A stretch of 36,105 nucleotides of DNA from Deinococcaceae bacterium (lineage in GTDB: Bacteria > Deinococcota > Deinococci > Deinococcales > Trueperaceae). Below the pieces are notes generated by a model. That model did no database searches. It was not told the origin of the DNA and saw only the letters and a program-made list of their open reading frames with translations. Where the stretch lies: contig JBDZWC010000014.1 of NCBI GenBank assembly GCA_040256005.1, forward strand, positions 1 through 36,105, read 5' to 3'. This document shows, one piece after another, positions 16,378 to 25,587 of this stretch. Each line of letters opens with the position of its first letter. Position 1 is the stretch's first letter. Position numbers and translations under genes: made by a program.

Positions 16378-18251
16378 TGTCGTCCTTCGCTCCTGGCGGT
16401 GAGCGCCTCGAAGGCCTTGACTCGGTCCGCGATGACGCCGAGGCTCTCGCGCCAGAACTGGGGGTCCTCGATGTCGATGCCGAACCCTCTCGCGAGTTCG
16501 CTGGCGGGGGCCAGCCCGGTCGAGGCCAACAGCTCATCGTACCGCCGCTTGAACGGGTCACCTTCGGCCTGGTAGCGCGCGTAGAGGCCCAGGCCGAAGA
16601 GCCAGCCGAACGTGTAGGGGAAGTTGTAGAACGAACGGGCGCTGGAGTAGTAGTGCGGCTTGTGCGCCCACATCAGCGGGTGTAGCTCGTCCTCGGCGAC
16701 CGCCCCGGCGAACACGCGCGCCTGCGCCGCTTCCATGACCGCGTTCATCTCCTCCGGCGACAGGTCGCGCTCCGCACGCTTCTCGAACACCTCGGCCTCG
16801 AAGAGGAACCGCGTATGGATGTCGAGCAGGAGCTGCGTGGAGTACTGCAGGTTCTGCTCCAGCAGCGCGAGCCGCTCGGCCTGGTCGGCTGAGGCCATGA
16901 GACCGTCGAAGAGCAGCGTCTCGCAGAAGATGCTGGCCGTCTCCGACAGGGTCATCGGGGTGGGGGACTGCAGCACCGTGCGGCCGAACCGGAACTTGCA
17001 GTCGTTGTGGTACGCGTGGCCGAGCTCATGGGCGAGCGTGAACACGTCGGAGAGGTTGCCGCCGAAGTTGAGCATCACCCGCGACTCGTTGCGCCCAGGC
17101 ACCGGGGAGCAGAACGCGCCGCCGCGCTTGCCACGGCGTGGCGGCACGTCGATCCAGCCCGCCTCGAACGCCCGGCCGGCGAACGCCGCCAGCTCGGCCG
17201 AGTACGCAGCGAAGCGGTCCAAGACCAGCCCCTGCGCCTCCTCCCAGGTGAACCGGCGCGCCCCGGCCTGGGGCAGGGGAGCGAACAGGTCGTACCAGGC
17301 GAGCCTCTCCTTGCCGAGGAGCGCGGCCTTCGCCTCGAGGTACCCGCGCACGGTCTCGAAACGCTCCTCGCATGCCTGGTGCATGGCGTCCAGGTTCCGC
17401 CTGGAGATGCCGTGCTGGAACAGGCTGTACTCGAGGGGGCCACCCCAGCCGCGCTGCCTCGCCAGGCTTCCTACCTGGCCCTTGATGCCGTTCATGGCGG
17501 CTGCGTAGGTCAGCTGGTTGCGCCCCAGTAGTTCTAGCTCGGCTCGGTAGGCCCGTCGTCGCACTTCCTCGGACGGGCTCGCCTGCAGGCTGCGGAGCTC
17601 GGCGGTGCCGTACTCGCGTGCCGGTTCGTCGCCGGCGACCTCCGCGTCGGTGACGGCAGCCAGGATGCGCTCGCGGGAGGTCAGGTCGTTGTAGAGCTTG
17701 GCCCACGCCGAGCCGCCGCTGGCATCGAGCGCCGCTGCGAGCGCCTCCGCCTCTTGGCCGAGCATGCGCTCCGCCTCCTCGCGGAAGCGCTGCAGCGGAT
17801 AGAGGTGCGCGGCAACGATCTCGTGGGCCTCGGCGGCGGCCTGGAGGTCGAGGCCTTTCAGCCAGGCCTTGAAGCGGGCGGTGACCGCTCCGGTCCGGGC
17901 GCCGAGGGCGCGGAGCGCCGACAGTTCGGACTGGGCGGCCGCGTCGAACGAGTCGGTGGCCACGCGCAGTGACAGGTAGACGGCGAGCACCGCCTGCAGC
18001 TCGCTCAGGCGTAGATAGGCCTCCAGCCCCTGCGCCAGCAGGGTCGCCTCACTGGCGCCAGGCCTCAGCGACCCGCTCGTGCCCCCGCCTGAGCCGACTA
18101 CGCCGATGCCGTTGTCGTCCAGGAACGCCTCGAACTGGGCCAGGACAGCGTCCAGTGCGGACCTGTCTGCGCGGTAGCTCAGGCTGTCGAGGCCGGGATA
18201 GATGGTGTCGAGCTGCCAGTGGGGCAGCGTGGCGGTGACGGGCTGGTCCAC
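16374..18251 (-). CDS. pepF: M3B oligoendopeptidase F family protein
   Basis: WQLDTIYPG, WIDVPPRRGKRGGAFC, zinc motif TLAHELGHAYH, LSETASIFCE, HYYS...FYNFPYTFG. RBS GGAGG upstream of GTG. Confidence 0.93.
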   Translation of the reverse strand: MDQPVTATLPHWQLDTIYPGLDSLSYRADRSALDAVLAQFEAFLDDNGIGVVGSGGGTSGSLRPGASEATLLAQGLEAYLRLSELQAVLAVYLSLRVATDSFDAAAQSELSALRALGARTGAVTARFKAWLKGLDLQAAAEAHEIVAAHLYPLQRFREEAERMLGQEAEALAAALDASGGSAWAKLYNDLTSRERILAAVTDAEVAGDEPAREYGTAELRSLQASPSEEVRRRAYRAELELLGRNQLTYAAAMNGIKGQVGSLARQRGWGGPLEYSLFQHGISRRNLDAMHQACEERFETVRGYLEAKAALLGKERLAWYDLFAPLPQAGARRFTWEEAQGLVLDRFAAYSAELAAFAGRAFEAGWIDVPPRRGKRGGAFCSPVPGRNESRVMLNFGGNLSDVFTLAHELGHAYHNDCKFRFGRTVLQSPTPMTLSETASIFCETLLFDGLMASADQAERLALLEQNLQYSTQLLLDIHTRFLFEAEVFEKRAERDLSPEEMNAVMEAAQARVFAGAVAEDELHPLMWAHKPHYYSSARSFYNFPYTFGWLFGLGLYARYQAEGDPFKRRYDELLASTGLAPASELARGFGIDIEDPQFWRESLGVIADRVKAFEALTARSEGRQ

Positions 18252-18294
18252 TGTGGGCGCCTTCCTCCGCTCACGGGGAGCGGCACGGGGGATT

Positions 18295-19290
18295 CTAACG
18301 AGGCGCCGGTAGGTCCCCGTCCGCTGGGGAAGGCGGCGCCGGCGGCTCCAGTTCGTCGGGCCAGCTGCCGCCGAGGCCCAGCCAAGCCGTGACGATGTCC
18401 GGCCACACCGGCGCTACGAACGTCACAGGCGAGTTGTCACGGGGGTGCGGGAGCGTGAGGCTGCGCGCGTGCAGCGCCTGCCTGCCGATCCGGCCGCTCG
18501 GGGAGCCGTAGACCTCGTCGCCGAGGATCGGCGCGCCCAGGTGCCAGAGGTGCACCCTGATCTGATGGGTGCGGCCCGTGTGCGGCTTCGCCCGCACGAG
18601 CGTGTGACCCGGCGCCTCTCTCAGCGCCCAGAAGACCGTCGAGGCGCTGCGCGGCGCCTCCCCGCCCACCGTCATGCGCTGCCGCTTGACCGGGTGCCTG
18701 CCGATGGGGGCGTCGACGAACGCCCCGTCGGGGACCTCGCCGACCGCGATCGCGACGTACTCCTTCTCGGTGAAGCGCCGCTTGAACGAGTTCGCCAGGT
18801 GCCTGTGTGCCTCCTCGGTCTTGGCGACGACCATGACGCCGGAGGTGTCCTTGTCGAGCCGGTGCACGATGCCGGGACGGTAGAGCTCGTCCGCGGGGTG
18901 TTGGAACCTCTCCTTCGACAACGGCATGCGGCCCAGCAGGGCGTTGACGACGGTCCCGGTGCGCACGCTCGAAGTCGGGTGGGCGACGATGCCGGGGGGC
19001 TTGTCGATGGCCGCCAGGTACTCGTCCTCGTAGAGGACGGTGACGCCCAGGTCCTCGGGCTCGACGTCGTGGGGGGTGGCGGGCGGCAGCAGCACCGACA
19101 CGATCTCGTCCCCCGCCAGCTTGGTGGCGGGCTTGCCCACCGGTCTACCGTCGACCGTCACGAAGCCGTCGTCGACCAGGTCCTTGGCTTGCGTGCGCGA
19201 GATCGTCAGGGCCTGGGCGATGGCGACGTCGAGCCGCTCGCCGGCCGGGGCGTCGAACGTGCGCAGGTCGAACTCCTCGCCAACTGTCAC
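18295..19290 (-). CDS. rluD: RluA/RluD-family pseudouridine synthase with S4 domain
   Basis: S4 motif RLDVAIA...SRTQAK, IDKPPGIVAHP, catalytic GIVHRLDKDTSG, HTGRTHQIRVH, GAPILGD..Y, RQALHA. Confidence 0.93.
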   Translation of the reverse strand: MTVGEEFDLRTFDAPAGERLDVAIAQALTISRTQAKDLVDDGFVTVDGRPVGKPATKLAGDEIVSVLLPPATPHDVEPEDLGVTVLYEDEYLAAIDKPPGIVAHPTSSVRTGTVVNALLGRMPLSKERFQHPADELYRPGIVHRLDKDTSGVMVVAKTEEAHRHLANSFKRRFTEKEYVAIAVGEVPDGAFVDAPIGRHPVKRQRMTVGGEAPRSASTVFWALREAPGHTLVRAKPHTGRTHQIRVHLWHLGAPILGDEVYGSPSGRIGRQALHARSLTLPHPRDNSPVTFVAPVWPDIVTAWLGLGGSWPDELEPPAPPSPADGDLPAPR

Positions 19291-19375
19291 GGATCGAGTC
19301 TAGTACCGCCGGCGCGGTGAGCCGAGCCATGCGAGGGCCGCCGGCGCCCTCCGTGACGGCTATAGTGCCCGGGCG

Positions 19376-20419
19376 ATGCCGGACGCTAGGGACCAGGACG
19401 CGGCGAAGGCGGCCCAGACCGGGCGGCCACGCGTGGCGCTGGACGCCATGGGCGGGGACGCCATGCCTGCGGCGGCTCTCGACGGCGCCGCGGCCGCGGC
19501 ACGGGAGGGATTGGAGCCGGTCCTCGTGGGGGACGAGGCGGTCCTGCGGCCAGCGCTGGAGGAACGAGGCGTGCGACTCGAGATCGTGCACGCCCCCGAC
19601 GTGATCACGATGGACGACCACGCCGCGGACGTCCGGCGGCGCAAGGACAGCAGCGTCGTGGTGGCGATGCGCCTCGTCAAGGACGGCCGTGCGGACGCCG
19701 CGGTCTCGATGGGCCACTCGGGTGCCACGATGGCGGCCGCCTTGCTGGTGCTGGGGCGCCTGCCGGGCGTGGACCGCCCCGCGATCCTCGCCAACGTGCC
19801 CACCGGCGCCGGGTTCGCCGCCCTGCTCGACGTGGGCGCGAACGCGGATGCGCGGCCTGCGTACCTGCAGCAGTTCGCCGTCCTCGGCAGCGCTTACGTG
19901 CGCAGTGTCTGGGGCCTCGAGGACCCGAGCGTGGGCCTGCTCTCGATCGGCGAGGAGCCCCACAAGGGCAACGAGCTCACCCGGGCGGCGCACGAGCTGC
20001 TGGCCGCCACTCCGGGCATCAACTTCCACGGCAACGTGGAGGGTCGCGACCTCCTCGAGGGCATCACCGACGTCGTCGTCACCGACGGCTTCACGGGCAA
20101 CGTGGTCCTCAAGCTCGCCGAGGGGGAGGCGCGTGTGCTCTTCGGCTGGTTGAGGGAGGCGCTCGGCAGCTCGCTCCGCGCCCGGCTAGGCGGACTGTTG
20201 GCCCGTCCGGCGCTGCGTGGCGTGGCGGCGCGCCTGGACCCGTCGGAGTACGGTGCCCAACCGCTCCTGGGTGTGGACGGCTACGCGTTCATAGGGCACG
20301 GCAGCTCGGACGCGCGCGCCGTGACCAGCGCACTACGCACGGCCAGCCGGGCGGTCGAAGCGAGCGCTCTGCAGCGCACCAAGGAAGGGCTCGCCTCCCT
20401 CACGGCTCTTCCGGGGTGA
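19376..20419 (+). CDS. plsX: Phosphate acyltransferase PlsX
   Basis: VALDAMGGD, VRRRKDSS, AVSMGHSGA, VDRPA, LLDVGAN, IGEEPHKG, GNVEGRD, VVVTDGFTGNVVLKLAEG, HGSS. Confidence 0.97.
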   Translation: MPDARDQDAAKAAQTGRPRVALDAMGGDAMPAAALDGAAAAAREGLEPVLVGDEAVLRPALEERGVRLEIVHAPDVITMDDHAADVRRRKDSSVVVAMRLVKDGRADAAVSMGHSGATMAAALLVLGRLPGVDRPAILANVPTGAGFAALLDVGANADARPAYLQQFAVLGSAYVRSVWGLEDPSVGLLSIGEEPHKGNELTRAAHELLAATPGINFHGNVEGRDLLEGITDVVVTDGFTGNVVLKLAEGEARVLFGWLREALGSSLRARLGGLLARPALRGVAARLDPSEYGAQPLLGVDGYAFIGHGSSDARAVTSALRTASRAVEASALQRTKEGLASLTALPG

Positions 20420-21608
20420 CGGCCCTCACCCAGCCGATCACCGACAGCGTTCCGTTCGCGCCCGTGGGCAGCTCCATCTCGGCCAGCGGCTCCACGTGCG
20501 GCCTGAAGACGCTGTCGCTGTCGCCCCCGGTGAGCAGGTCGATGATCGTCACGGTTCCCTGGCCGACGGCGTAACCGAAGCGCGTCACCGGGTCTATCGT
20601 CGCGGCCGCAGCCGCTCGCGGGGCGACGTCGGGGGAAGCGTCCTCCGGGGTGGAGTGGAACGCCACGTCGGCTCCCGTCAAGACGAGTACCTCGGGTGCG
20701 ATGCCGGTGGTATCCACCACCAGCCCCCTGGCGTTCGGCCGGGTGTCGGCGCGCGTGGCGTCGCCGCCCTCCTCGAGGTCCACGGTCAACAGGTCCTCGT
20801 CGGACAGCACGACCAGGCGCGCCCCGGAGCCGGCTGCCGAGACGAGCCGAGAGGCCGGTTCCGGCACGTTCACGTCGACCAGCCGATCCGACCCGTCGGT
20901 GCCAAGCGCGTGGCGGTAGACGTGCGTGCTGCCGATGCCGTCGACGAGGAAGTAGACGACGCCGTCCCCCGTCGCCTGGTCCAGGTAGGGCGCCAGCGCG
21001 GCGACGGGGTTGGTGGCCTCGAGAGCCGTCGGAGCGCCGCCCGCCAGCGGCACCAGCCACAGTTCCACGTGGTCTCCCGACCCGCAGGCGGACGGGTCGT
21101 CGAGCACGACGGCGGTCTCGCCGTCCCCGTCTACCTGCAGCGCCACGGGACAGGTGGTGGGCGAGGTGGGCGAGAGCCCGTCCAGGACGCCTGTGCCGCC
21201 CGGCTCGGTGAGCGACACGCGCGCGGCCACGTCCTCGCCGAACGCCGAAGGCTCGTCAGGGTCGATCTCGTCGACCTCGAAGCGCTGCAGGCTCGCGGTC
21301 ACGCCACTCCCGCCGGAGCTACGTACCAGTACCCAGGCGGCGTCGCGCTCGCCGGCGCGGTCCTCGAAGTCGAGCGCCACCGCGGGCGCCAGCAGGGCTC
21401 TCGCGCCACCGGGCACTACCTCCAGACGGGGCTCGCCCCGCGGCGCCGTGGCGGAGACGTCCTCGACGAGCAGTAGCTGCGGCTGCCCGCCGGGCGCGGC
21501 CCCGATCACCAGCAGCGTCGGCGGCCTCGGCTCCGTCGTGCCGGTGCAGCCGGCGAGGACGGTGGCAGCCGCCATGAGGGCACCGACCAGACCGGGGCGG
21601 CCCCTCAC
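20400..21608 (-). CDS. Lipoprotein of unknown function, translationally coupled to the LptD-like gene
   Basis: GTG at 21608 overlaps the upstream TGA (GTGA), with GGAGG 5 nt upstream. MRGRPGLVGALMAAATVLAGC carries a lipobox. Beta-rich, possibly propeller-like; CPVAL...ACG Cys pair. Confidence 0.75.
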   Translation of the reverse strand: MRGRPGLVGALMAAATVLAGCTGTTEPRPPTLLVIGAAPGGQPQLLLVEDVSATAPRGEPRLEVVPGGARALLAPAVALDFEDRAGERDAAWVLVRSSGGSGVTASLQRFEVDEIDPDEPSAFGEDVAARVSLTEPGGTGVLDGLSPTSPTTCPVALQVDGDGETAVVLDDPSACGSGDHVELWLVPLAGGAPTALEATNPVAALAPYLDQATGDGVVYFLVDGIGSTHVYRHALGTDGSDRLVDVNVPEPASRLVSAAGSGARLVVLSDEDLLTVDLEEGGDATRADTRPNARGLVVDTTGIAPEVLVLTGADVAFHSTPEDASPDVAPRAAAAATIDPVTRFGYAVGQGTVTIIDLLTGGDSDSVFRPHVEPLAEMELPTGANGTLSVIGWVRAVTPEEP

Positions 21609-24517
21609 TGCGTCCTCCGCGGGATGATCCAACCGGTGTCGAAGACCTGTCCGATGCCCTGCTCGGCGCCAGGCGTCGTCAACGTGATCGACACCGCGCC
21701 GGTGGCGCTGTTCCACGAGCCGTAGAGGGCCCAGCAGCACCGGTTCCACACCACCGTGAACTCGGGCCTGAACTGGACGAGGCGGTTCGGGTCGTCTCCC
21801 GTCAGGTCCCATACGTCGTCGAGGACCAGGCCCAGGTAGAGCTCGTCCAAGGGACGCACCACGAGCGCGACGTCGGTGAGGCTGAGCCTGGCGCTCGTGA
21901 CCTCCTCGGCCACGCTGCTGAAGCTGGCCGCGTAACCGAGCGTGCCCTGCAGCCCGACGCGTTCGTAGAGGTCGACAGCGAACTCGAGGTTCGCGCGGCG
22001 CAGGTAGGTGACCGGCTGCAGGTCGTCACGCCAGGCCAGCTCCGCGAAGCCGTCTACGCTCAGGCGAGCGGGTCCCACGACCCTGGAGTCGAGCAAGGCC
22101 CTACCGGTAAGCGTGGACCCGCGCAGGCCCCCGGTCCCGCCCAGCAGGCTGGGATCGTGACGGGTGGAGAAGGCCACGCGCCACTCCGGTGTCCCCGCCA
22201 CCGGCGCGTCCTCGACCGAGAACTCGAGGTCCCTGGCGTAGGGCTCGGGCGGCTCGAGCCCGATCGCGCCCGGCGGAAGCCACTCGAGGCCACGAGCCTC
22301 GGCGGCGGCGATGCCAGGCCACTCGACTCGCAGCCGGCTCTGCGCTATGCGGCTGCCCGGCATGGACAGGCGCTCGAGGCCGTAGAGCTCCACGGGTCCC
22401 AGTTTGGCGCTGAGCTCGACACCGAAGCCGCTCACGCGGCCCACGTCGAGGTCCCTGGCGTACTCGAGGGAGAGTCCGGGGACGGCGTCGTCCTGGCCCA
22501 ACGTGCCCAGCGTGAGCCGGACCCGCAGGTCGTCGAAGTGGTCGGCGGGCTCGCCGGCCGGGGGAGGCGGGGGAGCGTAGCGGTAGGCGGTGTCGACCGA
22601 GAGCTCGAACGCCCCCCTGAGGCTCACGGAGAGGTCGAGCGAGGTCTCGCTGTCGTCGGTCGGCTCGCCCGTGATGCGGTCCGGCCTGACGGCCAGGTCC
22701 TCGACATGACTCACGTCCACCGACAGCCGCAGGGGACCTCGGCTGCGCAGGCCCAGGTCGACGTCGATGACGCCCGGGTCGCCGTCCTCGAGGTCGTAGA
22801 CGTTGCGGGCGCTGAGGGTGATCCAGTCGACGCCGCGGAGCAGCGTGAGCGTGGTCTCGAGCGGCGCCCAGCCCTCCTGCTCGGGATCGCGGTCGTCCAG
22901 GAACACGTAGCCCCCGCGTTGCTGGAGCCTGAGCCAAGGGGCGGGGTCCAGGAGGAGCGAGCCCAGCAGGTCGGTACGGGACCGGTAAGGGATGACGTCG
23001 AACCTGAACGGCGTCTCGCCCTCGGTGACGTCACGCGTGAAGGTGACCGAGAGCGAGCCGGTGGCGCTGAACGACTGCGTCGCCGTGGCCCTCGTCGACC
23101 AGTCCACCTGGCGCTCGGCCGTGCCGTAGTAGTAGCCCGTGAAGTCCGTCCTAGCCTCCAACCGGGCTCCGGCCCAGAGGCCGATGGGCTCCAGCCGCAG
23201 GGCATGCGACTCCACGACGCGGCCCGAGCTCAACGTCTCCGTCAGCGCCGCGGAGCGGTTGATGGGGTTGCTCGAGTCCTCGAAAGCGCCCAGGTCGAGC
23301 AATAGGCGCTCGACGGTCACGGGTCCTACGCTCAGGCTCTCTTGCTCCGGCCGCAGCTCGAGCCGCACGGGCGTGTTGAGCGGCGTTCGAGTGCCTGCAT
23401 AGGACGGTCTGTCTACGCCGTCGCCTGGCTCGAGGTCGATGAATACTTGGCTCGAGAGCACGGCGTCCAGACCGTACGCCACGCGCCTGGCTCGCAGGCT
23501 GGCCTCCCAGATGAAGGGCCGCGTGGCGTCGTCGCGCAGGAGCAGCAGCTCGGTGGTCGGCGGTCCCAACACCTCGTCGTCGGCGTACGCGAACCTCACG
23601 GACCACTCCGGCGGCTCCCAACCCTCCGACTCCTCGAAGCCGGGCATGAAGTCGATGATGAGGTCGCCAGCGCCCCTGCTGGTGTAGAAGTCGTGGTCGA
23701 GACGGACCCCGAAGTACGACCGCTCGACCGCGCCCCCGAGGAGCGCGTCGCCTAGTGGTGAGCCGCCCGGCGTGACGTCGGCCAGGTACCTCAGCGTCAC
23801 GTCGCCGTAGGCGTCGGGGCCGGCCACGTACGGCCACGTCAGCTCGATGAGGGCGCGCTCCTGCGCGGTGCCAGTCTGGTAGTGGAGCCGCGGCCGGCGG
23901 TCTTCCGGCCCGAGCGGCAGGACGAGAAGCGGCAGCTCGAACGCCGGCTGCGCGCGGATCAGGACGGTGACGTCGAAGGCCACCAGGCGGTCGCCCGGGT
24001 AGAGCTCGATGCGGGCCGCCTCGAAGCCGTAGTCCTCGGTCTCCTGATCGCAGCGGCTGCAGGGCGAGAACTCTCCGGCGGCCACGCGGATGAGCCCAGG
24101 CACGCGGCTCGCCGCGTCTCCCTTCACGTCGATCTGCTCGGTGACGATCAGCACGTCTCCCGCCTCGAAGCTCTCGCGGCTGAGGTCGATCACGAGGTCG
24201 TCGCCCTCGACCGTCTCGCCGTCCTTCGTGAAGCTGCCCCTCCCGACGACCCTCACGAGCCGGTTGGTGAGGTCGAACTCGACGTGATCTGCCGTGAGGA
24301 CGTCATCGTCGATCGTCACCGTGAGGCCGTCGCCGATGAGGACGTAGAGCTGCACCTCCTCACCACCGGGCAGCGTCACCGTCCTGATCTCGAGGCGGCT
24401 GTCCGGGTCGTGCGACGCGTCGATGACGATGCGCGCGGCTCCGGCCCAACCGGCGAGGAGCAGCACAGCGCAGAAGGCGGCCGCGCGCGCTCTCAACGCG
24501 CCGGCGGGCAGCGCCAT
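21605..24517 (-). CDS. LptD/OstA-like outer-membrane beta-barrel assembly/transport protein
   Basis: Start ATG 24517 (or GTG 24520). Signal peptide, OstA-like jellyroll (LTADHVEFD...VEGDDLVIDL), FSPCSRC and C-terminal WNRCCW Cys motifs reminiscent of LptD disulfide cysteines, amphipathic beta-strands, directly downstream of lptF/G. Confidence 0.8.
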   Translation of the reverse strand: MALPAGALRARAAAFCAVLLLAGWAGAARIVIDASHDPDSRLEIRTVTLPGGEEVQLYVLIGDGLTVTIDDDVLTADHVEFDLTNRLVRVVGRGSFTKDGETVEGDDLVIDLSRESFEAGDVLIVTEQIDVKGDAASRVPGLIRVAAGEFSPCSRCDQETEDYGFEAARIELYPGDRLVAFDVTVLIRAQPAFELPLLVLPLGPEDRRPRLHYQTGTAQERALIELTWPYVAGPDAYGDVTLRYLADVTPGGSPLGDALLGGAVERSYFGVRLDHDFYTSRGAGDLIIDFMPGFEESEGWEPPEWSVRFAYADDEVLGPPTTELLLLRDDATRPFIWEASLRARRVAYGLDAVLSSQVFIDLEPGDGVDRPSYAGTRTPLNTPVRLELRPEQESLSVGPVTVERLLLDLGAFEDSSNPINRSAALTETLSSGRVVESHALRLEPIGLWAGARLEARTDFTGYYYGTAERQVDWSTRATATQSFSATGSLSVTFTRDVTEGETPFRFDVIPYRSRTDLLGSLLLDPAPWLRLQQRGGYVFLDDRDPEQEGWAPLETTLTLLRGVDWITLSARNVYDLEDGDPGVIDVDLGLRSRGPLRLSVDVSHVEDLAVRPDRITGEPTDDSETSLDLSVSLRGAFELSVDTAYRYAPPPPPAGEPADHFDDLRVRLTLGTLGQDDAVPGLSLEYARDLDVGRVSGFGVELSAKLGPVELYGLERLSMPGSRIAQSRLRVEWPGIAAAEARGLEWLPPGAIGLEPPEPYARDLEFSVEDAPVAGTPEWRVAFSTRHDPSLLGGTGGLRGSTLTGRALLDSRVVGPARLSVDGFAELAWRDDLQPVTYLRRANLEFAVDLYERVGLQGTLGYAASFSSVAEEVTSARLSLTDVALVVRPLDELYLGLVLDDVWDLTGDDPNRLVQFRPEFTVVWNRCCWALYGSWNSATGAVSITLTTPGAEQGIGQVFDTGWIIPRRTQ

Positions 24518-25587
24518 CACCGTCTCCAGGCGAGTGCGAGCAGGACCGCGCCGCCGGCGACGTACAGCGCCACGGGGGTCCAGGCGGCGATCCACGGCAC
24601 CAGCGTTCCCTGGGCGCCCAGTAGTTTGGTGACGCTCCAGGTGGCGTAGTAGACGAAGGTCAGCAGCAGAGCGGCGACGAAGCCCACGCTGGAGCCGCGC
24701 CTGAACGTGAACAGGCCGAGCGCGAGGGCGAAGAGCGCGAACGCCGTGGCCGCGAGCGGCTCGGCGAACTTGCGGTGTAGAGCCGTGCGCTCCGCCGGCA
24801 CGGGGGCGTCGCCCGCGCCCGCGATGCGGCCCAGCAGCTCGCCGACCGGCAGGTACACGAGGTCGCCGACGGCGCTGCTACGCGCGGTGAGCCCCCTGAC
24901 AGGCAGCACCGCGTCGCGCGCGGCGATGTCGAGGGTGATCGAGGAGTCGCGCAGCGCCTGGAACCTGATGTCCTCGAGATGCCAGACGCCTTCCTCGGGC
25001 ACCGCCTGCCCGGCGCGGGCACGCACCAGCTCGTGCGGGCCGCGGCTGGTGCCGGGGGTGATCACGGCCACGTCGTCGAAGCGGCCGCCGGGGCGGATGT
25101 CGCCGATGAAGATGTTGCGCCCCAACGCGTCGGTGAAGAAGGTGCCTTCGGCGAGCACGGTCTCCGGCGAGAGCAGCAGGATGTCGCGCTCCACCTCGCC
25201 GGCCGCCCGCTCGGCGCGTGGCACCAGCAGCTCGTTGTTGGCGAAGGTGAAGGCGCTCACCACGAGGCCGAGCGCGACGACGGGAGCCGCGAAGCGCGCT
25301 GGGCCGATGCCGAGCAACAGCGCGGCCTTGATCTCGCTGTCCTGGCCCAGACGTGTGAGCGACACCAGGGCCGCGAAGAGCAGGGCCAGCGGCAGGCCCG
25401 GGCCTATCGCCGACGGCAGCTTGTAGAGCATGTAGCGCGCGACCAGGGCAGGGGGGACCCCTCGCGCCAGCACGTCGGCCAGCACCCCCAGTACGGCGTA
25501 GAGCATGAGCAGCAGCACGAGCACCACGAAGGCCGCCACGAAGAGGGGGACGATCTCGCTCAGTAGGTAACGGGAGAAGCGCTTCAT
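24517..25587 (-). CDS. LptF/LptG family permease
   Basis: RFSRYLLSEIV, LPLALLFAALVSLTRLGQDSEIKAALLLGI, NNELLVP, LHRKFAEPLA, AAWTP. Confidence 0.92.
   Translation of the reverse strand: MKRFSRYLLSEIVPLFVAAFVVLVLLLMLYAVLGVLADVLARGVPPALVARYMLYKLPSAIGPGLPLALLFAALVSLTRLGQDSEIKAALLLGIGPARFAAPVVALGLVVSAFTFANNELLVPRAERAAGEVERDILLLSPETVLAEGTFFTDALGRNIFIGDIRPGGRFDDVAVITPGTSRGPHELVRARAGQAVPEEGVWHLEDIRFQALRDSSITLDIAARDAVLPVRGLTARSSAVGDLVYLPVGELLGRIAGAGDAPVPAERTALHRKFAEPLAATAFALFALALGLFTFRRGSSVGFVAALLLTFVYYATWSVTKLLGAQGTLVPWIAAWTPVALYVAGGAVLLALAWRR

Noticed and set aside
18267..18283. 6-bp hairpin (CCGCTC-N5-GAGCGG) touching the pepF ribosome-binding site, as a possible RNA thermometer or riboswitch
   Set aside because: Too short to distinguish from chance at this GC content, and no aptamer features are visible.
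20400..20419. 20-bp convergent overlap of plsX and the lipoprotein gene
   Set aside because: Short 3' overlaps are common in compact high-GC genomes.
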